Made by a program: the position numbers and the translations under genes
From: Burkholderiaceae bacterium
Lineage (GTDB): Bacteria > Pseudomonadota > Gammaproteobacteria > Burkholderiales > Burkholderiaceae_C
Direction of reading: 5' to 3'
NCBI GenBank assembly: GCA_022702125.1
Contig: JAKOND010000210.1
Span: 17,322 to 81,321 of the forward strand
Length of the DNA: 64,000 nt
Part shown: piece after piece, positions 26,208 to 35,885 of the stretch
How positions within the stretch are numbered: the stretch's first letter is position 1
Layout: each line of letters starts with the position of its first letter
Notes under the pieces: model-generated
What the model was told of the DNA's origin: nothing
Databases searched by the model: none
What the model saw: only the letters and a program-made list of their open reading frames with translations

Positions 26208-26642
26208 ATGGAAGTCAAGCATCTTTTTGCGGAGAGGTTACGCAGGGCCATGGAGGCGGCAGGCTACGACCCCAAGCCAGCCGTGCTGGAACGCGAGTTC
26301 AACACCCGCTACTGGGGCAAGCCGATGACGCTGCATGGCGTGCGCCGTTGGTTGCTGGGCGAGACCATGCCCACACACCGCAAGCTGGTGACGCTGGCCG
26401 AATGGCTGAAAGTGCCGGCCGAAGAACTGGCCTGGGGCGACACGGCCCACGCCGCCCCGCTGAGGGTGGCCGAGCGCCCGGCCGCCTGGGATACCGGCGC
26501 GCCCTACCAGGACCGCGAGCTGTTCGACATCTATCAGCGCCTGCCAGTGGCGCAGCGCCGCCTGGCGCGCGACGTCATCCTGGCCATCGCCCGCGCCCAC
26601 GAGGCCGACGAGGCGGACCGCGCCGGCCTGCCCCGCCGCTGA
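26208..26642 (+). CDS. XRE-family helix-turn-helix regulator
   Basis: FAERLRRAMEAAGYDPKPAVLEREFN...TLHGVRRWLLGETMPTHRKLVTLAEWLKVPAEELAWG is an HTH_XRE layout. A C-terminal domain of about 60 aa follows. It is divergent from the secreted-protein operon. Confidence 0.8.
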   Translation: MEVKHLFAERLRRAMEAAGYDPKPAVLEREFNTRYWGKPMTLHGVRRWLLGETMPTHRKLVTLAEWLKVPAEELAWGDTAHAAPLRVAERPAAWDTGAPYQDRELFDIYQRLPVAQRRLARDVILAIARAHEADEADRAGLPRR

Positions 26643-26682
26643 ACGGAAGCCCCCCCGGCGGAGCCGGCGCAGCCCAGCGGGG

Positions 26683-27996
26683 TCAACCGCCCAGCACCGC
26701 GCCCACCGCGTCCATCAGCTCCCGGCCGTGCGACAGCGCGAAGAGCACCAGCCCCACCAGCCCGCCCACCACCGTGCCGTTGATGCGGATGTACTGCAGG
26801 TCGCGGCCGATGTGCAGTTCGGCCAGGCGCGCCATCTCGCGTGCGTCCCAGCGCTCGACGGTGGCGCGGATGTGGTCGGCCACCGAACGCGACACGTCGG
26901 GTGCCCACTGGGCGGCCCAGAGTTCGAGCCGCACGTTCAGGCGCACGCGCAGCGCGGCATCGCCGGCCAGCGACATGCCCAGCCACTGGCCCATGGCGGC
27001 CACCTGGCGCGAGACCTCGGAATGCTCGTCGTTCAGGTCGCGGCGCAGCGCCTCGCGCACCCGGCCCCAGAGTTCCGCCACATAGGCGCCGAGCTTGGGG
27101 TCGTCCTGCAGATAGGCGCAGACCTCCTCGCCGCGCCGCGCCCAGTCGGGGTCGGTCTGCAGCCGGTCCACCAGGCGCTGCATGGCGGTGTCCAGCGTGT
27201 CGCGCAGCTGGTGGTGCGGGTCCTTGGCGACCTCTTCGAGCAGGCTCTCGATGGCGTGGGCGATGGCGCCCGCGCCCTTGGCGCCCAGCCAGTCGGTGGG
27301 CAGCACCTTTTCCTTCAGCGGATGCTCGCGCCGGATCCACTGCACCAGCGTGTCGGCGATGAAGGCGCGCGTCTCGGCCGACTGCAGCATGCCGCCCAGG
27401 CGCAGCAGCAGGTCGTCGAGCAGCGCCTGATGCCGCCCGCCCTGGGTGAGCGCGCCGAGGGCCGCGCCCATCGAGCGGCTGAGGTCGATGCGCCCGAGGA
27501 GCGCGCGCGCCGCCTGGCCCAGCAGTTCCTGGATCTTGGTGTCTTCCACCGTGTCGAGCGCCGCGGCAGCCAGGCGCGCCACCTGCCGGCCCAGCAGGCC
27601 GGCGTTGGCCGGCGCGGTGAGCCACTGCGCCAGCATGTCGGCCGGGTCGTGCCGGCGGATCATGCTGACCAGCGAGGGCGCGTCGAGGAATTCTCCGCGC
27701 ACGAACTCGGCCAGGTTGCCGCCGATGCGGTCCTTGTTGCGGGCGATGATGTCGGTGTGCCCGCCGACCCAGGGCAGCGGGATGCGGCGGAACAGCGCGG
27801 AGACGGCGAACCAGTCGGCCAGCGCGCCGACCAGGGCGGCCTCGGCCACGGCGCGAACGCAGTCCACGGCCAGGCCGCGCGGGAAGAGATAGGTGGCGGC
27901 GAACACCACCACCACCATCAGCAGCAGGCCGGTGGCCTGGCGCTTGGCGCGCTGCAGCAGCGCTTCTTGGTCCTGTCGGGGGGCTTGCAACGGCAT
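26683..27996 (-). CDS. DUF445 (YjiN-like) membrane protein
   Basis: ALVGALADWFAVSALFRRIPLPWVGGHTDIIARNKDRIGGNLAEFV is the DUF445 signature. N- and C-terminal TM helices are present. Confidence 0.85.
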   Translation of the reverse strand: MPLQAPRQDQEALLQRAKRQATGLLLMVVVVFAATYLFPRGLAVDCVRAVAEAALVGALADWFAVSALFRRIPLPWVGGHTDIIARNKDRIGGNLAEFVRGEFLDAPSLVSMIRRHDPADMLAQWLTAPANAGLLGRQVARLAAAALDTVEDTKIQELLGQAARALLGRIDLSRSMGAALGALTQGGRHQALLDDLLLRLGGMLQSAETRAFIADTLVQWIRREHPLKEKVLPTDWLGAKGAGAIAHAIESLLEEVAKDPHHQLRDTLDTAMQRLVDRLQTDPDWARRGEEVCAYLQDDPKLGAYVAELWGRVREALRRDLNDEHSEVSRQVAAMGQWLGMSLAGDAALRVRLNVRLELWAAQWAPDVSRSVADHIRATVERWDAREMARLAELHIGRDLQYIRINGTVVGGLVGLVLFALSHGRELMDAVGAVLGG

Positions 27997-28057
27997 GGCC
28001 CAAAGAATAGCCGCCGGGGCGGCGCCGCGCCAAGGCGCGGCCTCTTTCCCCGAAGGG

Positions 28058-29191
28058 TCAGCGGGGAAGGACCTGATCGAGCGCGGTGCGCAGGTGGCCC
28101 ACGGTGCGCTCTACGTTGTGCCACTTCTCCAGCCCGAAGAGGCCGATGCGGAAGGTGCGGAAATCCGCGCCCTCGCCGCACTGCAGCGGCACGCCGGCAG
28201 CGGTCTGCAGGCCCGCGGCGGCGAACTTGGAACCGTTCTGGATGCCCAGGTCGGTGGTGTAGCTCACCACCACGCCGGGCGCCTTGAAGCCTTCGGCCGC
28301 CACGCTGGGCAGGCCGCGCGATTCGAGCAGCTCGCGCACCTGGGCGCCCAGGGCGATCTGCTCGGCGCGCACCTTCTCGAAGCCGTAGTCGCGCGTCTCC
28401 AGCATCACGCCCTGCAGCTGCACAAGCGCATCGGTCGGCATGGTGGTGTGGTAGGCGTGCTGGCCCTTTTCGTAGCCTTCGGCGATCTGCATCCACTTCT
28501 TCAGGTCGCACGAGAAGCTGGAGCTTTGCGTGCCTTCGATGGCCTCGCGGGCGCGCTCGCTCAGCATCACCATGGCGCAGCAGGGCGAACCGCTCCAGCC
28601 CTTCTGCGGCGCGCTGATGAGCACGTCCACGCCGGTGGTGCGCATGTCCACCCACATGGCGCCAGAGGCCACGCAGTCCAGCACGAACAGCGCGCCCACC
28701 TCGTGCGCGGCGTCGGCCACGGTACGCAGGTAGTCGTCCGGCAGGATGATGCCGCTGGCGGTCTCCACGTGCGGCGCGAACACCACCTTGGGCCGCTCCG
28801 CGCGGATGGCGGCCGCCACCTCGTCGGCGGGGCACGGCGCCCACGGCGCCTGGGCGCCCTCGCCCTGCTGGCGGGCCTTGCACACCACCGCGCCGCCCCC
28901 CAGGCCGCCAGCGTCGAAGATCTGGCTCCAGCGGTAGCTGAACCAGCCGTTGCGCACGATCAGCACCTTCTCGCGGTTGGCGAACTGGCGCGCCACCGCT
29001 TCCATGCCGAAGGTGCCGCTGCCCGGCACCAGCACGGCCGTGTGGGCGCCGTACACCTGCTTGAGCGTGGCGAGGATGTCCTGCATCACGCCGGTGAAGC
29101 GGCGCGACATGTGGTTCAGGGCACGGTCGGTGTAGACCACCGAGAATTCGAGCAGACCGTCGGGGTCGATGTGGGACAGCAGTCCGGGCAT
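28058..29191 (-). CDS. Class V PLP-dependent aminotransferase (alanine-glyoxylate / serine-pyruvate type)
   Basis: VPGSGTFGMEAV...FVLDCVASGA...ISAPQKGWSG carries the PLP Lys. The length is 377 aa. Confidence 0.88.
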   Translation of the reverse strand: MPGLLSHIDPDGLLEFSVVYTDRALNHMSRRFTGVMQDILATLKQVYGAHTAVLVPGSGTFGMEAVARQFANREKVLIVRNGWFSYRWSQIFDAGGLGGGAVVCKARQQGEGAQAPWAPCPADEVAAAIRAERPKVVFAPHVETASGIILPDDYLRTVADAAHEVGALFVLDCVASGAMWVDMRTTGVDVLISAPQKGWSGSPCCAMVMLSERAREAIEGTQSSSFSCDLKKWMQIAEGYEKGQHAYHTTMPTDALVQLQGVMLETRDYGFEKVRAEQIALGAQVRELLESRGLPSVAAEGFKAPGVVVSYTTDLGIQNGSKFAAAGLQTAAGVPLQCGEGADFRTFRIGLFGLEKWHNVERTVGHLRTALDQVLPR

Positions 29192-29430
29192 GGGTTCTCT
29201 CCGAGACGTAGGGTTTCACGGCCCGGCGGCCGGCCGGGCATCGGGCCAGCTTAGCATGCAGGCCCCAGCCGCGCCCGGGCACCGAGCGCCGCAGCAGCGG
29301 CCCGCCAGCCCTGTGACGCCCCTGGCCGTTTACCCGATCTTTACCCCCGCGCAAAGGTTGGACTGCACCGCCTTGGCACACTCGTCCTGCCTTCCTTGCT
29401 TCGGCCACTCCCGGCCCTCCACTGACCGTC

Positions 29431-30642
29431 ATGTCCCTGCTCCGCCGCACACCGCCCCTCCTGCGCATCGTTCTCGCTCTCGCCGCCGTGACCGCCCTCG
29501 TTGTCGGGGCCAAGCTGCTGTTCTTCCCGGCCAAGGAGGCGCCCCGCTTCGCGACCGCCGCCGCCGTGCGCGGCGACATCGAGGATGCGGTGCTCGCCAC
29601 GGGCACGGTTCAGGCCTTCAAGCAGGTGAGCGTGGGCGCGCAGGTGTCGGGCCAAGTGAAATCGCTCAAGGTGCAGTTGGGCCAGCGCGTGAAGAAGGGC
29701 GAGCTCATCGCCGAGATCGACTCCACCACCCAGCAGAACACGGTGCGCAACGCCGAGGCCGCCCTGGAGAACGTGCGCGCCCAGCAGGCCTCGCAGCAGG
29801 CCTCGCTGATCGAGGCCGAACTCGCCTACAAGCGCCAGAAGCAGCTACTGGACGCCGACGCCGGCGCACGCGCCGACTTCGAGGCGGCCGAGGCCAAGCG
29901 CAACACCACGCGCGCCAGCATCGCGGCGCTGCAGGCGCAGATCAAGCAGGCCGAGATCACCGCCGACACCGCCAAGGTCAACCTGGGCTACACCAGGATC
30001 GTCTCGCCCATCGACGGCATCGTCGTGGCGCTGGTGGCGCAGGAAGGCCAGACGGTGAACTCCAACCAGACCACGCCGACCATCATCAAGGTCGCGCAGC
30101 TCGACACCGTGACGGTGAAGACGCAGATCTCCGAGGCCGACGTGATCAAGGTGCGGGCCGGCCTGCCCGTGTACTTCACCATCCTGGGCGACCCGGACAC
30201 GCGCTACACCGCCCAGCTGCGCACCATCGAGCCGGCGACCGATGCCATCCTGACGGAGAGCACCGCCTCGTCCTCCAACAACGCCACGTCCAGCTCCTCG
30301 ACCACGGCCATCTACTACAACGGCCTGTTCGACGTGCCCAACCCGGACAACCGGCTGCGCATCTCGATGACGGCACAGGTCTCCATCGTGCGGGCACAGG
30401 CCCGGGGCGCGGTGATCATTCCCGCATCGGCGCTGGGCCAGCGCTCGCGCGACGGCTACACCGTGCGCGTGCTGGACGCCCAGGGCCAGCCCCAGCCGCG
30501 CAAGATCCGCGTGGGCATCAACAACAACGTGAACGCCGAGGTCACCGAAGGCCTGGCCGAGGGCGAGCAGGTGGTGGTGGCCGAGTCCGCGGCCCCGGGC
30601 GGCGCGTCCGGCATGCGCCGCGGCCCGCCCATGCGCCTGTGA
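29431..30642 (+). CDS. macA: MacA-type periplasmic adaptor (HlyD/MFP family)
   Basis: An N-terminal anchor, a coiled-coil hairpin and barrel domains are present ([24 protein letters not shown]). It sits directly upstream of macB. Confidence 0.9.
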   Translation: MSLLRRTPPLLRIVLALAAVTALVVGAKLLFFPAKEAPRFATAAAVRGDIEDAVLATGTVQAFKQVSVGAQVSGQVKSLKVQLGQRVKKGELIAEIDSTTQQNTVRNAEAALENVRAQQASQQASLIEAELAYKRQKQLLDADAGARADFEAAEAKRNTTRASIAALQAQIKQAEITADTAKVNLGYTRIVSPIDGIVVALVAQEGQTVNSNQTTPTIIKVAQLDTVTVKTQISEADVIKVRAGLPVYFTILGDPDTRYTAQLRTIEPATDAILTESTASSSNNATSSSSTTAIYYNGLFDVPNPDNRLRISMTAQVSIVRAQARGAVIIPASALGQRSRDGYTVRVLDAQGQPQPRKIRVGINNNVNAEVTEGLAEGEQVVVAESAAPGGASGMRRGPPMRL

Positions 30643-30652
30643 GGGGCGAGCG

Positions 30653-32653
<2,001 letters not shown>

Positions 32654-32729
32654 CGCCGACCCCGCCCCTCGCCCCCCTCGCACCGTCCCTCGCATCCCTC
32701 ACCGCACGCCCCTCCCGCAGCAGGCTCCC

Positions 32730-34355
32730 ATGACGACCCTTCCGACGCCCTCCTTCCCGCGACGCATCCGTTCGGCCACGGCCCTGGCGGCCGCCTGCGC
32801 GGCGCTGCTGGCCGGCTGCGCCGCGCCCGGCGCCGGCGACCTGTCCGCGCCCGGGGTGCGGGTGGCCTCCGCCTGGCGCGACGCCGGCGCGGGCGTGCGC
32901 CGCACCGCCGGCACCGGCCCCGCGCCGCTGACCACGCCCGCCGACCGGGCGCCCGACGTGCGCGCCCTGCCCGCCGCGGCGGTGGCGACGGACTGGTGGC
33001 GCGCCTTCGGCGACCCGGCGCTCGATACGCTGGTCGCCCGCGCCCAGCAGTACGACAACAACCTCGCGGCCACCGCCATCCGGGTGCGGCGCGCCCAGCT
33101 CAACGCCGGGCTGGCCGCGGTGCCGCTGACGCCGCAGTTCAGCGGCAGCGTGGGCGCCAGCGCCTCGCGGCGGCTCGACGGCGGCCCCAGCAGCCGCGCC
33201 AGCACCGCCAGCCTGGGCGCGAGCTACGAGGTGGACCTGTGGAACCGCCTGGGCAGCGCCCGCGACGCCGCGCGCTGGGAGGCGCTGGCCACCGTGCAGG
33301 ACCGCGAGGCCGCCGCCCAGGCCCTCGCCGGCACCACCGCCACGCTCTACTGGCAGGTCGGCTACTTCAACCAGCGCCTGGCGCTATCGGCGCAGAGCAT
33401 CGCCTACGCCGAGCGCACCCTGGCGCTGATCCAGACCCAGTACGACGCCGGCGCCGTCTCGGGCCTGGAGCTGGCCGAGTCGCGCCAGACGCTCGCCGCC
33501 CAGCGCGCCGCCCGCACCACGCTGGAGCAGCAGCGGGTGCAGGCGCTCAATGCGCTGGCGCTGCTGTTCGACGGCCGGCTCAGCGTCGGCGGCCAGCCGG
33601 TGGGCAGCATGGCGATGGAAGGCGCGGCCGTCGCCCCGGTCGCGGCCGACGTGTTCGGCGGCCCGGGCACGGGCGCCGCTTCGACGACCGCCGCCTCCCC
33701 TGCCATCCCCTCTGCCACGGCCGACAACCCGTTCCTCGACTGGCGCGAGCCGACGGTGCTGCCCGCCGGCGCGCTGCCCCCGGTCGAGGCCGGCCTGCCC
33801 GCCGACCTGATCGCCCGCCGTCCCGACGTGCGCGCCGCCGAGCTGCGGCTGCGCGAATACCTGCGCAACGTGGACTCCACCCGCGCCGCCTTCTACCCCG
33901 CGCTGGTGCTGACCGGCACGCTCGGCAACTCCAGCGCCGCGCTCGCCAACCTGCTGCAGAACCCGATCGGCACGCTGGGCGCGAGCCTGAGCCTGCCCTT
34001 CCTGCAGGCCGGGCAGCGCACGCTGCAGCTGCGGGTGTCCGAATCGGTCTACCAGGAGGCGGTGGTCGCCTTCCGCCAGACGGTCTACCAGGCCTTCTCC
34101 GACGTGGACAACGCGCTCTCGGCCCGCCAGCAGTACGAGGCCCAGGCCGCGCTGCTCGACGCCTCGCTGGCGGAGGCCCGCCGCGCCGAGCGGCTCTACG
34201 AGACGCGCTACCGCGCCGGGTCGGTGCCGCTCAAGTCCTGGCTCGACGCGCAGGAGAAGCGCCGCAGCGCCGAGATCGCGGTGGCGGACAACCGCTACAA
34301 CCGGCTGGTCAACCACGCCACGCTGTTCCAGTCGCTGGGCGGGGCGACCTCCTGA
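32730..34355 (+). CDS. Efflux outer-membrane factor lipoprotein (NodT family)
   Basis: The lipobox is LLAGC. WWRAFGDPALDTLV, YEVDLWNRL and the C-terminal LFQSLGGA are typical OMF motifs. Confidence 0.9.
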   Translation: MTTLPTPSFPRRIRSATALAAACAALLAGCAAPGAGDLSAPGVRVASAWRDAGAGVRRTAGTGPAPLTTPADRAPDVRALPAAAVATDWWRAFGDPALDTLVARAQQYDNNLAATAIRVRRAQLNAGLAAVPLTPQFSGSVGASASRRLDGGPSSRASTASLGASYEVDLWNRLGSARDAARWEALATVQDREAAAQALAGTTATLYWQVGYFNQRLALSAQSIAYAERTLALIQTQYDAGAVSGLELAESRQTLAAQRAARTTLEQQRVQALNALALLFDGRLSVGGQPVGSMAMEGAAVAPVAADVFGGPGTGAASTTAASPAIPSATADNPFLDWREPTVLPAGALPPVEAGLPADLIARRPDVRAAELRLREYLRNVDSTRAAFYPALVLTGTLGNSSAALANLLQNPIGTLGASLSLPFLQAGQRTLQLRVSESVYQEAVVAFRQTVYQAFSDVDNALSARQQYEAQAALLDASLAEARRAERLYETRYRAGSVPLKSWLDAQEKRRSAEIAVADNRYNRLVNHATLFQSLGGATS

Positions 34356-34380
34356 GCCGCCGGCCCCGCCTGCGCCCGCT

Positions 34381-34397
34381 GCTATTCTTTCGGTAGC
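34381..34397. repeat. Short intergenic element GCTAT-N7-(G)TAGC (copy 4)
   Basis: GCTATtctttcgGTAGC is followed by another CCATAGC at 34403-34409. Confidence 0.4.
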
Positions 34398-34520
34398 ACC
34401 GACCATAGCAGGGACGCCGGCCCGCACGGTGCGGGAGCATGCAGGGCGCATAATCGCCGGTTTGCGCGCCCGCCCGCGCCCGCCGGTGCGGGGCGGCGCC
34501 GGGCCGCAGGCAAGGACCCC

Positions 34521-34925
34521 ATGCGCAAGACATTCCCGCTCGACATCGAAGGCCGCCACCGCGACCGCGTGGTCGAAGCCGCCAAGCACGACATCCGCAA
34601 GTACATCCAGCGCGAGCGCCGCAAGCCGCTGCCCGACGGCGCCGATTTCTGGGACTTCGACTGCCGCTTCGGCCCCGACCGCGACACGGCCCAGCCGATC
34701 CATTTCGCGGCCATCACGCCGAGCATCGACGAGGCCGTGCGCTCCGGCGCCGCCGCCTTTCACATCGAGATCCTGGCCCGCGCCGCCCAGCGCAGCGCGC
34801 GGCCCGAAGGCGCGGGCCGCCCGCAGGACGGCGATGCCGGCACCGGCGACGACGCCACCGTCGGCGAAGGCACCGACAACGACAGCGACAACGGCGGCCC
34901 CGGCGGCCCGGCCCGGCATGGCTGA
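34521..34925 (+). CDS. Small basic protein of unknown function (DUF6172-like) with an acidic Asp/Gly tail
   Basis: MRKTFPLDIEGRHRDRVVEAAKHDIRKYIQRERRKPLPDGADFWDFDCRFG matches my recollection of the proteobacterial DUF6172 family. GC3 is high. Confidence 0.65.
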   Translation: MRKTFPLDIEGRHRDRVVEAAKHDIRKYIQRERRKPLPDGADFWDFDCRFGPDRDTAQPIHFAAITPSIDEAVRSGAAAFHIEILARAAQRSARPEGAGRPQDGDAGTGDDATVGEGTDNDSDNGGPGGPARHG

Positions 34926-35358
34926 TTCCGACACCCCCTCCCTGCTGGCCGACATCGCCGTCGTCCACGAGTACAAGGGCCGCAAGACGCCGGCGCCGCA
35001 ATCCTTCGTGCTGCACCCGTTCTGCATCCGCCAGGGCGAGCACGAGGGCACCTTCGAGATCCTGCACAGCCGCCGCGGCGTCGAGGACCCGAAGCACGCG
35101 GGCCACGTCACGCGGGCGCAGCTGGCCGAGCTGTACGCGCGCGGCCTGATGGAACGACTCGGCATCCGCCTGCGCCTGCGGCCAGCCGAAGACCTCTACC
35201 CCGACACCCTGCCGGCCAAGAAGGTGCCGCGCAGCTGCATCGCGGCGGATTCGGACTTCGCCCGCGAAGTCGCCGCCGTGGACACCGCGGCGCCCCTGCC
35301 CGCGCCGCTGCGGGCGGTGCTCGAAGGCATGGGGCTGGAGCCGGCCCCGCCGCGCTGA
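34918..35358 (+). CDS. Hypothetical protein (146 aa), His/Cys-rich N-half
   Basis: ATG 34918 overlaps the upstream stop (ATGGCTGA). GC3 is high and the amino-acid composition is ordinary (VVHEYKG...HPFCIRQGEHEGTFEILHSRRGVEDPKHAGH). I recognise no family. Confidence 0.55.
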   Translation: MADSDTPSLLADIAVVHEYKGRKTPAPQSFVLHPFCIRQGEHEGTFEILHSRRGVEDPKHAGHVTRAQLAELYARGLMERLGIRLRLRPAEDLYPDTLPAKKVPRSCIAADSDFAREVAAVDTAAPLPAPLRAVLEGMGLEPAPPR

Positions 35359-35450
35359 GACGGTTCCCGGGGCATCCGCCCGGCCGGCCGGATGGCCCGC
35401 GCTGGCGGCTGGAGGATTCCGGGCCGTCCCGGGGAGCGGCGCCGGAATGC

Positions 35451-35471
35451 GCGCGCCGGACATCGGCGCGC
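35451..35471 (+). terminator. GC hairpin after the 34521-35358 pair
   Basis: GCGCGCCG-gacat-CGGCGCGC is an 8-bp stem. There is no clear T-run. Confidence 0.4.
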
Positions 35472-35479
35472 GGCATTGA

Positions 35480-35499
35480 TACTGTATAAATACACAGTC
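35480..35499 (+). promoter_or_regulatory. LexA SOS box (CTGT-N8-ACAG type)
   Basis: TACTGTATAAATACACAGTC matches 17/20 positions of TACTGTATATATATACAGTA. It sits 20 nt upstream of ATG 35520, with TTGATA immediately 5'. Confidence 0.8.
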
Positions 35500-35519
35500 A
35501 TCAACCCCGGGAGCCCGCC

Positions 35520-35813
35520 ATGGCCTACGCCGTCACCCTGTACGACTTTCCCCATCTCGAGAACGCCGACCGCGAGAAGGCGCAGAAGCGCTACCGCGAC
35601 GCCTTGGAGCGCCACTACGGCGACCCGGAGCGGGTGGCCGAGGCCTACCGCACCTGGAACACCGTCGCCGAGAACGACGGCGGCGAGACCTCCGGGGCGG
35701 ACCTCCTCGAAGCGACCAAATTCCAGAAGGCGCTGGAGCGCGCGCGCGAGGCCGGCTTCCGGGGCCTGGGCGAACCGCAGGAGGCCTACTTCGAGATCCG
35801 GCTGGCGCGCTGA
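35520..35813 (+). CDS. Orphan 97-aa acidic protein, predicted SOS-regulated
   Basis: GGGAG lies 6 nt upstream of the ATG. GC3 is high. The sequence is MAYAVTLYDFPHLENADREKAQKRYRDALERHYGDPERVAEAYRTW.... I recognise no family. Confidence 0.65.
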   Translation: MAYAVTLYDFPHLENADREKAQKRYRDALERHYGDPERVAEAYRTWNTVAENDGGETSGADLLEATKFQKALERAREAGFRGLGEPQEAYFEIRLAR

Positions 35814-35846
35814 CCGCGCCCGGGCCGCCACCCCGGCCGCGCCCGG

Positions 35847-35866
35847 CCGGACGGGCGCCCGTCCGG
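35847..35866. terminator. Bidirectional GC hairpin between the SOS ORF and phoX
   Basis: CCGGACGGG-cg-CCCGTCCGG has 9-nt perfect arms. Confidence 0.45.
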
Positions 35867-35885
35867 ACCGGGGGCGTCGCCCGTC

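Noticed and set aside
25186-26682. Calling the XRE / secreted protein / GYF_2 islet a mobile element
   Set aside because: I found no integrase, transposase, flanking direct repeats or tRNA target at the boundaries. Only atypical codon usage and AT-rich regulatory DNA support foreign origin, so I report it as a finding, not a mobile_element feature.
34421-34435. Perfect palindrome CCCGCAC-G-GTGCGGG after the MacAB-associated OMF gene
   Set aside because: With a 1-nt centre, the loop is too tight for a standard hairpin. It lacks a T-run and has no gene start nearby. Most likely it is part of a GC-rich terminator region or a chance palindrome.
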